Origin: Thermodesulfobacteriota bacterium
GTDB taxonomy: Bacteria > Desulfobacterota_D > UBA1144 > Nemesobacterales > Mycalebacteriaceae
Length of the DNA: 64,000 nucleotides
Assembly: GCA_965198945.1 (NCBI GenBank)
Contig: CBDAQI010000001.1
Coordinates: forward strand, 96,001 to 160,000
Reading direction: 5' to 3'
In this document: positions 1-8,683 of the stretch, in pieces
Numbering within the stretch: the stretch's first letter is position 1
Layout: every line of letters begins with the position of its first letter
The notes under the pieces: model-generated
What the model was told of the DNA's origin: nothing
Database searches by the model: none
The model's input: only the letters and a program-made list of their open reading frames with translations
Program-made: the position numbers and the translations under genes

Positions 1-462
1 GTCCGTCTCTTGAGTCTTTACGCTCCCGAAGCCGAGATGCTGAGGACAACCGTTGCGGTGATGAAGATCAACAACGATGTTGAAAGAATCGGAGACCACG
101 CGGTCAATGTGGCGCGGCTGGTCGGAAAGGGCTCGGACTACCCGCCTCTTGAACTTTTCACAAAGGCGGCGGTTATGGGAGACAAGGCGCTTGAGATGTT
201 CAGAATGAGCATGGACGCGTTCATGAACAAGAAAAAAGACCTTGCGTTTGAGGTCTCCGCCAAAGATGAGGAGGTTGATTCAATGGAAAAGGAAATAATG
301 GCGGGCGCTCTTGAACACCTCAAAAAATTTCCCGAATCCATTCAGGCCGCCACCTGCCTGATAGTGCTTGTGAGAAATCTGGAAAGGGCGGCGGATTTGG
401 CGGACAACATATCCGAAGACACACACTATCTTATAACGGGCGAGGTCAGGAAACACTCCTGA
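1..462 (+). CDS. phoU: Phosphate signalling protein PhoU (5' end outside window)
   Basis: Two PhoU repeats, DVERIGDHAVN and RNLERAADLADNI; frame is open from base 1; next to phoR/phoB. Confidence 0.92.
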   Translation, partial: VRLLSLYAPEAEMLRTTVAVMKINNDVERIGDHAVNVARLVGKGSDYPPLELFTKAAVMGDKALEMFRMSMDAFMNKKKDLAFEVSAKDEEVDSMEKEIMAGALEHLKKFPESIQAATCLIVLVRNLERAADLADNISEDTHYLITGEVRKHS

Positions 463-481
463 ACCCGAATCCGTACCGCCT

Positions 482-1804
482 TCAGGTTTTCTCCTTCAGA
501 TGGAAATAGACCGTAAAAGCGCTTCCGCGCCCGGGCTCGCTTTCAACTCCTATGCTGCCGCCGTGGATTTCCGCCGTCTGACGGGCGATGCTGAGCCCGA
601 GCCCGCTTCCTTTCCGGTTTCCGCCGCGCGACCCTCTGTAGAAACGTTCAAAAATTCTGCCCATGTCTTTTTCTTCAATACCCTCACTGAAGTCTTTAAC
701 GCAAACCCTCGCCTCTCCCTTCTCTCCGTGCTTGACAGACACCTCAACTTTTCCGCCTTCGTGTGAGTATTTGACGGCGTTTTCAATCAGGTTCACAAAC
801 ATATTTTCAATCATAAGCCTGTCTCCCTTCATCTGAATTTCCGGGGTCTCCTCGGCAATCTCCATATTGATATTTTTTTTGTCCGCTTCGGTTCTCATAA
901 GCTGGACGGCATTTTTCACGGCTTCTGAGAGGTTGAAATGCGCAAAATTTGCCGGGTTTTTCGGTTTCTGCTCAAGTTCTGAGAAACTGATTATGCGTGA
1001 GCACAGATCGGTGAGCCGCTTTGTGTTTCTTTTAAGTATGCGCGAAAATTTTTCCGTCTCCTCATCCTCCGATTTGGAGGCGATCCCCTCCACCGCTCCG
1101 ATTATTGAAGTCAGCGGCGTTCTGATTTCATGGGAAATGTTTGTTATCAAGTCTTTTTGCGCAATTTCCATCTTTTTCAGCCTGGTTGAATCAAAAAGAA
1201 CAAGCGACACTTCTTTCAGTCCTTTTCCGGGAGCCGCGACCACCGTGTAGAAGGTTTCAGACGGGTAGAGGTTTGCCACCTCGCGCCTGACGGGTTCGCC
1301 GGACTCAAAAGCGTCTTCTATCAACCGCCTCATTTGCGGACTGAATATGACCTCCCAGTAGTTTCTTCCCACTATGCCCCCGGACGCTCCAAGCATTGAG
1401 TGCGCGGTTTTGTTTGCCGCTTTTATTAGGCCCGCGGACGAGACGCACAAAACCCCATCGCTGACGAGGTCCAAAGCTCCGGCAAATCTTGTGTTCCGCT
1501 GTTCGGTTTCTTCAAACCGGCTCTTCAGGTCCCTCGCCGCCGCATTGAGCGCTTTTGACATATTCTCCTCCGCCTGGTCTTGCGCCTCGTAGCGCGGAAA
1601 CTGTTTTGAGAGAAGTGATTTCGCAAATTCGGTCACTTTTCTCTCAATTCTGCCGGCCCTTCCGCGCGCCACAAACGAAGCCGCAAAAGCCGCGCCGCCC
1701 GCGGCAAGGGCGAGAAGCGCGGCCTGCGTGCCGCCCGGAGAGTTCAGATAAGCCAGAACACCGGCCGCAGCACACAGAACCGCCGCCCGGGCTGAAATTT
1801 TCAA
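482..1804 (-). CDS. phoR: Sensor histidine kinase, PhoR-like
   Basis: N-terminal TM segments, PAS-like region, H-box NISHEIRTPLT, N-box NLIENAVKYS, G-box GSGLGLSIA; overlaps the response regulator stop. Confidence 0.85.
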   Translation of the reverse strand: MKISARAAVLCAAAGVLAYLNSPGGTQAALLALAAGGAAFAASFVARGRAGRIERKVTEFAKSLLSKQFPRYEAQDQAEENMSKALNAAARDLKSRFEETEQRNTRFAGALDLVSDGVLCVSSAGLIKAANKTAHSMLGASGGIVGRNYWEVIFSPQMRRLIEDAFESGEPVRREVANLYPSETFYTVVAAPGKGLKEVSLVLFDSTRLKKMEIAQKDLITNISHEIRTPLTSIIGAVEGIASKSEDEETEKFSRILKRNTKRLTDLCSRIISFSELEQKPKNPANFAHFNLSEAVKNAVQLMRTEADKKNINMEIAEETPEIQMKGDRLMIENMFVNLIENAVKYSHEGGKVEVSVKHGEKGEARVCVKDFSEGIEEKDMGRIFERFYRGSRGGNRKGSGLGLSIARQTAEIHGGSIGVESEPGRGSAFTVYFHLKEKT

Positions 1805-2505
1805 TCTTTTCCGTCCGTCCTTTCCAGTTTGTAGCCGACGCCGCGCACGGTTTTAATTTCAACACCGCCGCCCGTAATTTTGTCTCTCAGATTTTTGATG
1901 TGAACGTCCGCCGTCCGGTCGTAGACAAGACGGCCGTCAACGGCGCTTTTCTTTTTAATTATCTGGTCTCTGCTGAACACTCTTCCCGGATTTTGAGCAA
2001 GAAACTCAAGGATTCTGAACTGTGTCGCCGTGAGGTCAACGGGCTTTCCTCCCACTCTTGCCTCAAAGCTGTTTCCGTCTATTTTCAGTTTCCCGATTTC
2101 AATTATATTTTCATTTTTTTCCCCGCCCGCCGTTTTTCCTCTTCTCAGCACGCTTTTCACGCGCGCCACGAGCTCGCGCGAGCTGAACGGCTTTGTTATG
2201 TAGTCGTCCGCTCCCATTTCAAGCCCCAGAACAACATCCAGCTCCGTTGCCTTGGCGGTAAGTATTATTACGGGGATGGAAGCGGTTTGCCCGGAGCCCT
2301 TAAGCCATCTGCATATTTCCATTCCGCCGGTTTCCGGAAGCATCAGGTCAAGAAGAACCAGATCGGGTTTAAGAGAGTTTGTTAAAAGAAGAAAATCTCT
2401 TCCGTCACGAAAGGTTTTTGTTTTAAACCCCTCGTTTTTCAGACACGATGAAATTATCTCCAGAATGTCTTCTTCATCATCAACAATTGCGATTATTTTG
2501 GACAT
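1801..2505 (-). CDS. phoB: OmpR/PhoB-family response regulator
   Basis: Receiver motifs IVDDEED, LLDLMLP, GADDYITKPF and wHTH end IKTVRGVGY; start taken at ATG 2505 (MSKII). Confidence 0.85.
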   Translation of the reverse strand: MSKIIAIVDDEEDILEIISSCLKNEGFKTKTFRDGRDFLLLTNSLKPDLVLLDLMLPETGGMEICRWLKGSGQTASIPVIILTAKATELDVVLGLEMGADDYITKPFSSRELVARVKSVLRRGKTAGGEKNENIIEIGKLKIDGNSFEARVGGKPVDLTATQFRILEFLAQNPGRVFSRDQIIKKKSAVDGRLVYDRTADVHIKNLRDKITGGGVEIKTVRGVGYKLERTDGKD

Positions 2506-2558
2506 GGCGGAAAAATTATACACATTTAGGACGCTTCTCTTTACCGCCGATTTCTTTC

Positions 2559-2600
2559 TTAATACTCTCTTAACGCTTCATTTTCTGAAAATTAACCTGT
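2559..2600 (+). promoter_or_regulatory. Putative Pho box (11-bp phased TTAA[C/T] half-sites)
   Basis: TTAAT 2559, TTAAC 2570, TTTTC 2581 and TTAAC 2592 at exact 11-bp spacing between divergent phoB and the phosphate porin. Confidence 0.6.
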
Positions 2601-2663
2601 TCTTTCTATTATTCTGCGCAAAAGGGGAATTTCCCCGAACTAAAACATGGAGGAATTAAAAAA

Positions 2664-3953
2664 GTGAGAATTTTAAGGAAACACAAGCTTCTGGTAATGC
2701 TTACGGTTTTTGCCGCGGTCGCGTTGCCCGCTCAGTCTTTTGCCGTCGAAATTGACGGAAAACTCGGCTACAAAAAGGGTCTTTACTATGAAAGCGAGGA
2801 CGGAAGATTCAAAATCAAACAGAATTTCCGTATTCAGTTCAGAATGGACGTTGCGGACACAAACGAAACGGGTAAAAAAACCGAGACGGATTTTATGATT
2901 CGCCGCTTGAAACTCAAATACGGCGGACACGCATATGAAAAATGGCTGAAATGGGGTTTTCAGCTTGTTGCGAACGCCGGCCGCAAAGGCAAGAATGACG
3001 ATGTAAAAGTGGATGACGCCTTCCTTGTGTTTGCCAAAAGCCGTCAGGCGGACTTGAAAGCGGGAAGATACAAAATTCCCTACGAGAGAGAGGTTCTGAA
3101 TTCTTCGTCCTCACTCCAGTTTGTTGACCGCTCTTTTGTAAAGGAGTTCGTCATAGGAGAGGGCAGAGCTGACGGAATTTCAACCGGCGGAATTTTAGGC
3201 AATATAGTCGCCTACAGAGCCGGAGTTTTCCAGAAAGACAGTGAGGAATTCAAAGGCTCGGGCAACATGCTTTTTGCCGGCCGCATTCAGTTCAACCTCT
3301 GCTGCGGTGAGTTGAAATACTCAAGCGGAAGTTTTACTTCGGGCGGCGATTACAAAATCACCCCGAACTTCGCCAAAGTTCCGACTTTTTCTCTCGGTGT
3401 GGGCGGATTTTACTACAACGCCGAGAAAACGGATGCCACATATAAGACCCTTCCGGATTCCGGCTCAACTCTTGTTGACAGCACAGCGAAACTTGACCTG
3501 AATTCCAATTCCGGAGTGACCGTTGACTTTGCGGCAAAAATTCCGAGGGCAAACTTTGAAACCGCTTTCTACTACGGCTCAGCAAAAAATGACAATAGCG
3601 TTAACGCAAGCCTTGGCGGTGATGGCGCTTTGGGTGGGAGCGACGCCAATGCTGATACTCAAGGGTCGGCGGGAACACAATCCCTCGGAAACTACGCCTA
3701 CAGGGTGCAGGGCGGTTTTATGATGACTCCGCAGTTTGAAATAGCGACCAGGTGGTCATATGCCGACTATGACAAGAAGTCTTCCGAGAATGACGAATGG
3801 CAGTGGACAACGGGTTTGAACTACTACATTGCGGCCAAACACCGCGCGAAAATTCAGGTTGACTACACCTACGGAAGCGAGAAAAACGGAATACAAATGG
3901 GAAAAGACAAGAAGGAAAACATCTTCCGCGCTCAGGTGCAGTTGTATCTGTGA
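2664..3953 (+). CDS. Phosphate-selective porin, OprO/OprP-like
   Basis: Signal peptide, basic-ladder motifs (FRIQFR, FMIRRLKL), GRYKIPY..E..SSSSLQFVDRS, C-terminal strand FRAQVQLYL; Pho context. Confidence 0.8.
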   Translation: MRILRKHKLLVMLTVFAAVALPAQSFAVEIDGKLGYKKGLYYESEDGRFKIKQNFRIQFRMDVADTNETGKKTETDFMIRRLKLKYGGHAYEKWLKWGFQLVANAGRKGKNDDVKVDDAFLVFAKSRQADLKAGRYKIPYEREVLNSSSSLQFVDRSFVKEFVIGEGRADGISTGGILGNIVAYRAGVFQKDSEEFKGSGNMLFAGRIQFNLCCGELKYSSGSFTSGGDYKITPNFAKVPTFSLGVGGFYYNAEKTDATYKTLPDSGSTLVDSTAKLDLNSNSGVTVDFAAKIPRANFETAFYYGSAKNDNSVNASLGGDGALGGSDANADTQGSAGTQSLGNYAYRVQGGFMMTPQFEIATRWSYADYDKKSSENDEWQWTTGLNYYIAAKHRAKIQVDYTYGSEKNGIQMGKDKKENIFRAQVQLYL

Positions 3954-3967
3954 TAAGTTTGAGATTT

Positions 3968-4186
3968 GGGCATCTGTAAAAATGCGAAAAGAGGGGCGCC
4001 TGAGCCCGTTCACTGACGCCGTCATTCCCGCGAAAGCGGGAATCCGGATTTGTTGTGTAGCCTTTGGCGACTCGTTTCATTCCCCCGCTTTCGCGGGGGC
4101 AGGCTTCACCGGATGGCGTGTGAAGCACTGCATGACGGGAGTTGAGGGCAGAGGCTCCGGCAAAACTACTGCTACTATGGGCGCCC
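3968..4186. mobile_element. MITE/REP-like element, copy 1
   Basis: Contains the GTCATTCCCGCGAAAGCGGGAATC palindrome; colinear similarity to 8383-8600; flanked by ATTT direct repeat (3964-3967, 4187-4190). Confidence 0.7.
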
Positions 4187-4311
4187 ATTTTAATAACTGG
4201 GCTTGAAAAAAACCCTTGAATTTGCCCGAACCTTGATATAATCTTCAACCAAAGCCGATTGAGGTTGGAGGTTGCGGGTTCGCTTCTCCCACTGGCATTT
4301 TGAGATAACAC

Positions 4312-4340
4312 TTGACGATTGTTGCCGGTTTTTTTATAAT
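4312..4340 (+). promoter_or_regulatory. Sigma70-type promoter of the beta-barrel gene
   Basis: TTGACG-17 nt-TATAAT, followed by a strong AGGAGG RBS before ATG 4400. Confidence 0.75.
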
Positions 4341-4399
4341 GTTTGTGATTTTGCGAACTCGGTTTCGCCGAATTGGTTTAATTTTAGGAGGTAGGAGAT

Positions 4400-6166
4400 A
4401 TGAGGAAAGCTAACTGGCTTATAATGTTTCTTCTGGCTTTCGCGGTGGCTGTTCCGGCATCCGCTGTGGAGCTTAATCTGGGAGGGTTTCCCAGTTATAT
4501 GTCCACAAGGGCGCGTTACATTGAAAACGCAACCTACAGAAACGCATTGGCCACCAAAACGGACGATGCAATCTTTTTCGTGGACACCACCCTTCGTGTT
4601 ACCCCGCAGCTTGTTTTGAGCGATGCGGTAACCATTAGGGCTCAGGTTGACATATTTGACAACAACATTTGGGGCGGCTCCACCAACCAGCTTCTCGGCG
4701 GCGGTTCCACTCTTGTTAACTCAAGTATTTCACCAAGTGATAAGTTTGTGGGGTCGCTTCTCACCGGAGACGCCACTTCAAAATGTCTTGAGTTCGGGAA
4801 CTTCTGTGCCGTTGAAAAGGATGCGGGGTTTTTCAATGTCCGCATGCTTCACGCGGACATCGTTCTTCCGAACAATCTCGGATTTGTAAGAGTGGGTCGT
4901 CAGCCATTTGACTGGGGTCTCGGAATTCTTGCAAACGGCGGATGGGACCCGGCAAGCGACGGCGGATTCCTTGTTGACAGGTTTCTGTGGCTGAAAACCT
5001 TCCCGACTTCCGGAGACTCTTCCCTTACGGCGATTTTTGTGTCTGACAGAATCACGCAGGGAACCGGTCTTCACACCGGAACCGGAGACGGATGGGACGG
5101 CGGCGCAGTCGCGGTTGTTTTCAACAAACCCGACATGGGCGGCATAAACGCCACACTCGGCGGATATGTCTTTCCTTACATCCATCAAGACAAATTTATC
5201 GGGGGTTTCGGAGACCTTGACAGATTCACGCTCTACTCGTTTCTGCTTGACCTGAAAGGAGACTCCTGGAAGTTTACCGGTGAGCTTCAGGGCGGATTTG
5301 GCAAACTCAAGAAAGTTCTGAAGACAGATGATTCTACGAGAGGCAATTCTACAATCAAGAACGCCATTATTTTCGCGGTTCGCGGCGAATACATGCCTCC
5401 GGCCATTGAATATCTTGATGTTGTCGGAGCAGAGTTCGGATGGGCCGACGGTGATAAAAATACAGGCACTTCCTGGAGAGATGGTGATCCTATTGAGGGC
5501 GGTGTTATCGTCTTCAACCCGGCATACAACCTTGACAACCTCTTGTTCAAGCACGTAATGCCCAACATCTATCAGGATGCGAACGCTAACATACTTGCCA
5601 AAACGCAGGCAAGTGTTCAGAACGCTTACTACGCCCGCGTTTACGCTCAGATTCCCGTTACGGACAGAGTGTCTTTCAGGCCTCAAGTTCTTGTCGGCTG
5701 GAATCAGGAGACTAACAGTCTGATAGCAGGTAGTAGAGAAACTGTTATAGGAAGCGTACCAAATGGTACTGCCGCATTAGTTGATGGACTTTCTTCGGGT
5801 GCCGATGACTCAGCTAAAACTGGCAGGAAAACTGTTACAAGGGATGCTGTCAACCAGCCCAAGGACAAAGTCAGCTCTTATCTCGGAACCGAGATTGAGG
5901 GAACGGTTACGGTTGAAGTTTATCCGGGTGTTGACCTTGACATCATCGGCAGTCTTATTATTGCCGGAGAAGGTCTGACAGATCTTCTTCAAGCTCAGGC
6001 ATTTGTAAGGGACAATAGTGCTGCTGGAACTACTGAGTTTGCAAACAAGGCTGCGGCAGATGCAGTTGCTACTAACATTACCAACCAGAAGGCAAACGAT
6101 GTCATCTGGGGAGTTCAGACGAAGCTCACCATCTACATTGATGAGTTTTTCAAATCTGACGCTTAA
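4400..6166 (+). CDS. Large outer-membrane beta-barrel protein, paralog 1
   Basis: Signal peptide, amphipathic strands, VRVGRQPFDWGLGI motif typical of alginate-export/TIGR04551-like barrels. Confidence 0.75.
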   Translation: MRKANWLIMFLLAFAVAVPASAVELNLGGFPSYMSTRARYIENATYRNALATKTDDAIFFVDTTLRVTPQLVLSDAVTIRAQVDIFDNNIWGGSTNQLLGGGSTLVNSSISPSDKFVGSLLTGDATSKCLEFGNFCAVEKDAGFFNVRMLHADIVLPNNLGFVRVGRQPFDWGLGILANGGWDPASDGGFLVDRFLWLKTFPTSGDSSLTAIFVSDRITQGTGLHTGTGDGWDGGAVAVVFNKPDMGGINATLGGYVFPYIHQDKFIGGFGDLDRFTLYSFLLDLKGDSWKFTGELQGGFGKLKKVLKTDDSTRGNSTIKNAIIFAVRGEYMPPAIEYLDVVGAEFGWADGDKNTGTSWRDGDPIEGGVIVFNPAYNLDNLLFKHVMPNIYQDANANILAKTQASVQNAYYARVYAQIPVTDRVSFRPQVLVGWNQETNSLIAGSRETVIGSVPNGTAALVDGLSSGADDSAKTGRKTVTRDAVNQPKDKVSSYLGTEIEGTVTVEVYPGVDLDIIGSLIIAGEGLTDLLQAQAFVRDNSAAGTTEFANKAAADAVATNITNQKANDVIWGVQTKLTIYIDEFFKSDA

Positions 6167-6219
6167 TTAACTAAGCTGAAAACTTTTTCCTCTGACTGAC
6201 AAAGGCGGGGAATTAAATC

Positions 6220-6255
6220 AAAGCGGCGCTCTTACAAAGAGCGCCGCTTTTTTTT
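6220..6255 (+). terminator. Rho-independent terminator
   Basis: AAAGCGGCGCTCTT-ACA-AAGAGCGCCGCTTT plus T-tract. Confidence 0.9.
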
Positions 6256-6373
6256 GCCCGCCGCCCGCAGTCAAATAACTACTTGAAAAACCTCGTCTTT
6301 TTGTATATTTTAGCCCCGTAGCATTTTGTTCCTTTGAAGGGTAAAGAACAAATTTCTCAAAGGGGGAGAGATA

Positions 6374-8359
6374 ATGATTAGAAATTTTATACGCCATACA
6401 CTTCTGGCGGCTCTTACCGTTTTACTTGCCGCGCCCGTTTCTCATGCGGCGGAGATTGATTTGGATGCCTATCCCAGTTATTTCAGAACAAGAGCAAGAG
6501 TTTTTAACAAAGCGACCTTCCAGGAGCCTTTTACGGCGGCGCCCCGGAAAGACACAATTTTCTTTGTTGACAGCACTCTGCGTGTTTCTCCCAGACTGAC
6601 TCTCGGAGAAGGTCTCTCAATTGTCGCCCAGGTGGATGTCGCCGATAATATAATCTGGGGCGGCACAACCGACCAACTTCTCGGCGGCGGTTCCACGCTT
6701 GTCAACTCAAGCATTTCAAGCTCAGACAGCTTCAGGGGATCTGTGCTGGTTCCCGTTTATAACCGGGTCTCATATCTGGACAGCGCAGTAGCTCCGGGCA
6801 ATCCCTCCCATGTTGGGACTAATAATGACGACGGAGTGCCGACACTGAACTCCGGCGCCGCGGTTGACCGCAACAACGGCTGGTTTAATGTGCGTTTTCT
6901 CTATGCTGACATTGATCTCCCGAATAACCTCGGATTTGTAAGAGTGGGTCGTCAGCCGTTTGACTGGGGCCTTGGAATTGTTCAGAACGGCGGGAATGAC
7001 CCTTCATCAGACTTCGGCACGATGATTGACAGACTGATGTTCATAAAAACCGCGGAAATTTCATCAGGCGCGACGGTAACCGGAATGCTTTTTGCCGACC
7101 TCTGGACCGGAGGAACCGAGCTCAGGGCGAGCGGCTCCGCATATGACGGAGTCGGCGGGGGTGTGATTTACGATAAACCCGTTGATGAAGCCAGCGGTCT
7201 CGGCGTTACGCTCGGAACATACATATATCCCTGGATAAGACAGAAAAACTTCGCAAGCAGCGAATATTTTCTCGGCGCCGGAGGAGACCTTGACCGCCTT
7301 ACGATTTATTCATTTATGCTGGATTTAAGGCGCGGAAAATTCCGCCTGGCCGGAGAATATAACGGAGCGTTCGGGAAAATCAGTGATCTGAACGGCTACA
7401 GACAGTGTGTGGGCGGCAGCCAATGCAACCGTGTGGTCCGTTTTGACAGGTCTGACAATGTGAAAATTAAGCACCACATTGCCTGGGCGGCGCGTCTAGA
7501 GCTTCTGCCCGAGAAAGCGTTTGATGTTATTGGGGGAGAGTTCGGCTGGGTGCAGGGAGACAAATCCGGAGAATACTGGACGGGGGACGGCTCCATTGAC
7601 GGAGGTTTTCTCGCTTTCAGTCCGGCTTACAATGTTGACCATCTCCTCCTCAGGCATGTTCTTCCGACCATATACCAGAGTGCGAACAATTCATTTTTCT
7701 CAAATTCCGAGGGCGGGGTTCAAAACACCCGCTATGCGCGGTTTTATTTTGACTTCAAACTTGCCGATTGGCTGACCGTGAAAAACCAGTGGCTTGCGGC
7801 CTGGACAAACGAGACGAGCAGTCTTTTTGTTGACGGCGAAAGCATCAACCCGTTTATCGGAAACGAGATTGAAACCACTTTCAGCATGCGTCTGAGAAAA
7901 GGTGTCTATCTTGATTTCACCGGAAGCGCGGTTTTCGCGGGCCAGGGGCTCAAAGATATGTTTGCGGGCCAGGCGTGGAACAACCTTGTTCGCCGCAGTA
8001 ATGATGACATACAACTCAATCTTGGCGCTGCTCCGCCTGTAGACGACGCGGATACCGATCCGGCAAGGGAAGACATTGTATCAAGGGATGTGACGGTGCA
8101 GTTTGTCGGCGCGGATGGCACAACACCGACCGCTCCCGGCCTGACGGCGACTCTTCAAGATGTTTCGGTAATCAGGAATGCGGACGGCCAGGCGGCTTTA
8201 AATGGTACTCCCACAGAGAATGCGGCCCTTCATGAAAGCGCATACAACGCTTTAAGACAGGAGTTTGCTTCACGGTATAACCCCAGCGACAGCAGAATCT
8301 GGTCTTTTCAGACCGTATTGACGGTGCATCTTGATTCACTTTCGGGCGACAGGATTTAG
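6374..8359 (+). CDS. Large outer-membrane beta-barrel protein, paralog 2
   Basis: Signal peptide; shares QLLGGGSTLVNSSIS, LPNNLGFVRVGRQPFDWGLGI and GDLDR blocks with 4400-6166. Confidence 0.75.
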   Translation: MIRNFIRHTLLAALTVLLAAPVSHAAEIDLDAYPSYFRTRARVFNKATFQEPFTAAPRKDTIFFVDSTLRVSPRLTLGEGLSIVAQVDVADNIIWGGTTDQLLGGGSTLVNSSISSSDSFRGSVLVPVYNRVSYLDSAVAPGNPSHVGTNNDDGVPTLNSGAAVDRNNGWFNVRFLYADIDLPNNLGFVRVGRQPFDWGLGIVQNGGNDPSSDFGTMIDRLMFIKTAEISSGATVTGMLFADLWTGGTELRASGSAYDGVGGGVIYDKPVDEASGLGVTLGTYIYPWIRQKNFASSEYFLGAGGDLDRLTIYSFMLDLRRGKFRLAGEYNGAFGKISDLNGYRQCVGGSQCNRVVRFDRSDNVKIKHHIAWAARLELLPEKAFDVIGGEFGWVQGDKSGEYWTGDGSIDGGFLAFSPAYNVDHLLLRHVLPTIYQSANNSFFSNSEGGVQNTRYARFYFDFKLADWLTVKNQWLAAWTNETSSLFVDGESINPFIGNEIETTFSMRLRKGVYLDFTGSAVFAGQGLKDMFAGQAWNNLVRRSNDDIQLNLGAAPPVDDADTDPAREDIVSRDVTVQFVGADGTTPTAPGLTATLQDVSVIRNADGQAALNGTPTENAALHESAYNALRQEFASRYNPSDSRIWSFQTVLTVHLDSLSGDRI

Positions 8360-8382
8360 CCTGGCTCCAGGCCGCCTCTGAA

Positions 8383-8600
8383 AGGCTCCTCTAAGAATGT
8401 GAAAGCAAGGCCTTTGCGTCCTTTTCGCTGACACTGTCATTCCCGTGAAAGCGTGTCTGCGTGAAAACGGGGACGGCAACCCGGAGCAAATTGTGTCGCC
8501 TGTGGCGACTCATTTTTTCACCCGATGCCATGAGCACTGCATGACGGGCGCGCCCAATATGGAGATACCATACAAAACTGCTGTTATTATCAGAGCGCTC
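8383..8600. mobile_element. MITE/REP-like element, copy 2 (degenerate)
   Basis: Shares GTCATTCCCG.GAAAGCG, TTGTGT.GCCT.TGGCGACTC, AGCACTGCATGACGGG and CAAAACT.CTG.TA.TAT in the same order as copy 1. Confidence 0.65.
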
Positions 8601-8683
8601 CCCAAAGAATCAGTTGAAAATCCGCCTTCTGCGGGCTAATTTTTCGGCAGATGTTATAATTCCCTCTCATTGGGGGTGGTTTT

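Noticed and set aside
4251..4297. tRNA-like fragment GAGGTTGCGGGTTCGCTTCTCCC after a possible upstream promoter
   Set aside because: Only a T-arm-like piece; there is no acceptor stem, D-arm or proper anticodon arm. It may be a leader hairpin or chance.
3718..4311. 197-aa minus-strand ORF containing DSRFRGND
   Set aside because: It is the translation of the palindromic repeat and overlaps the porin antisense.
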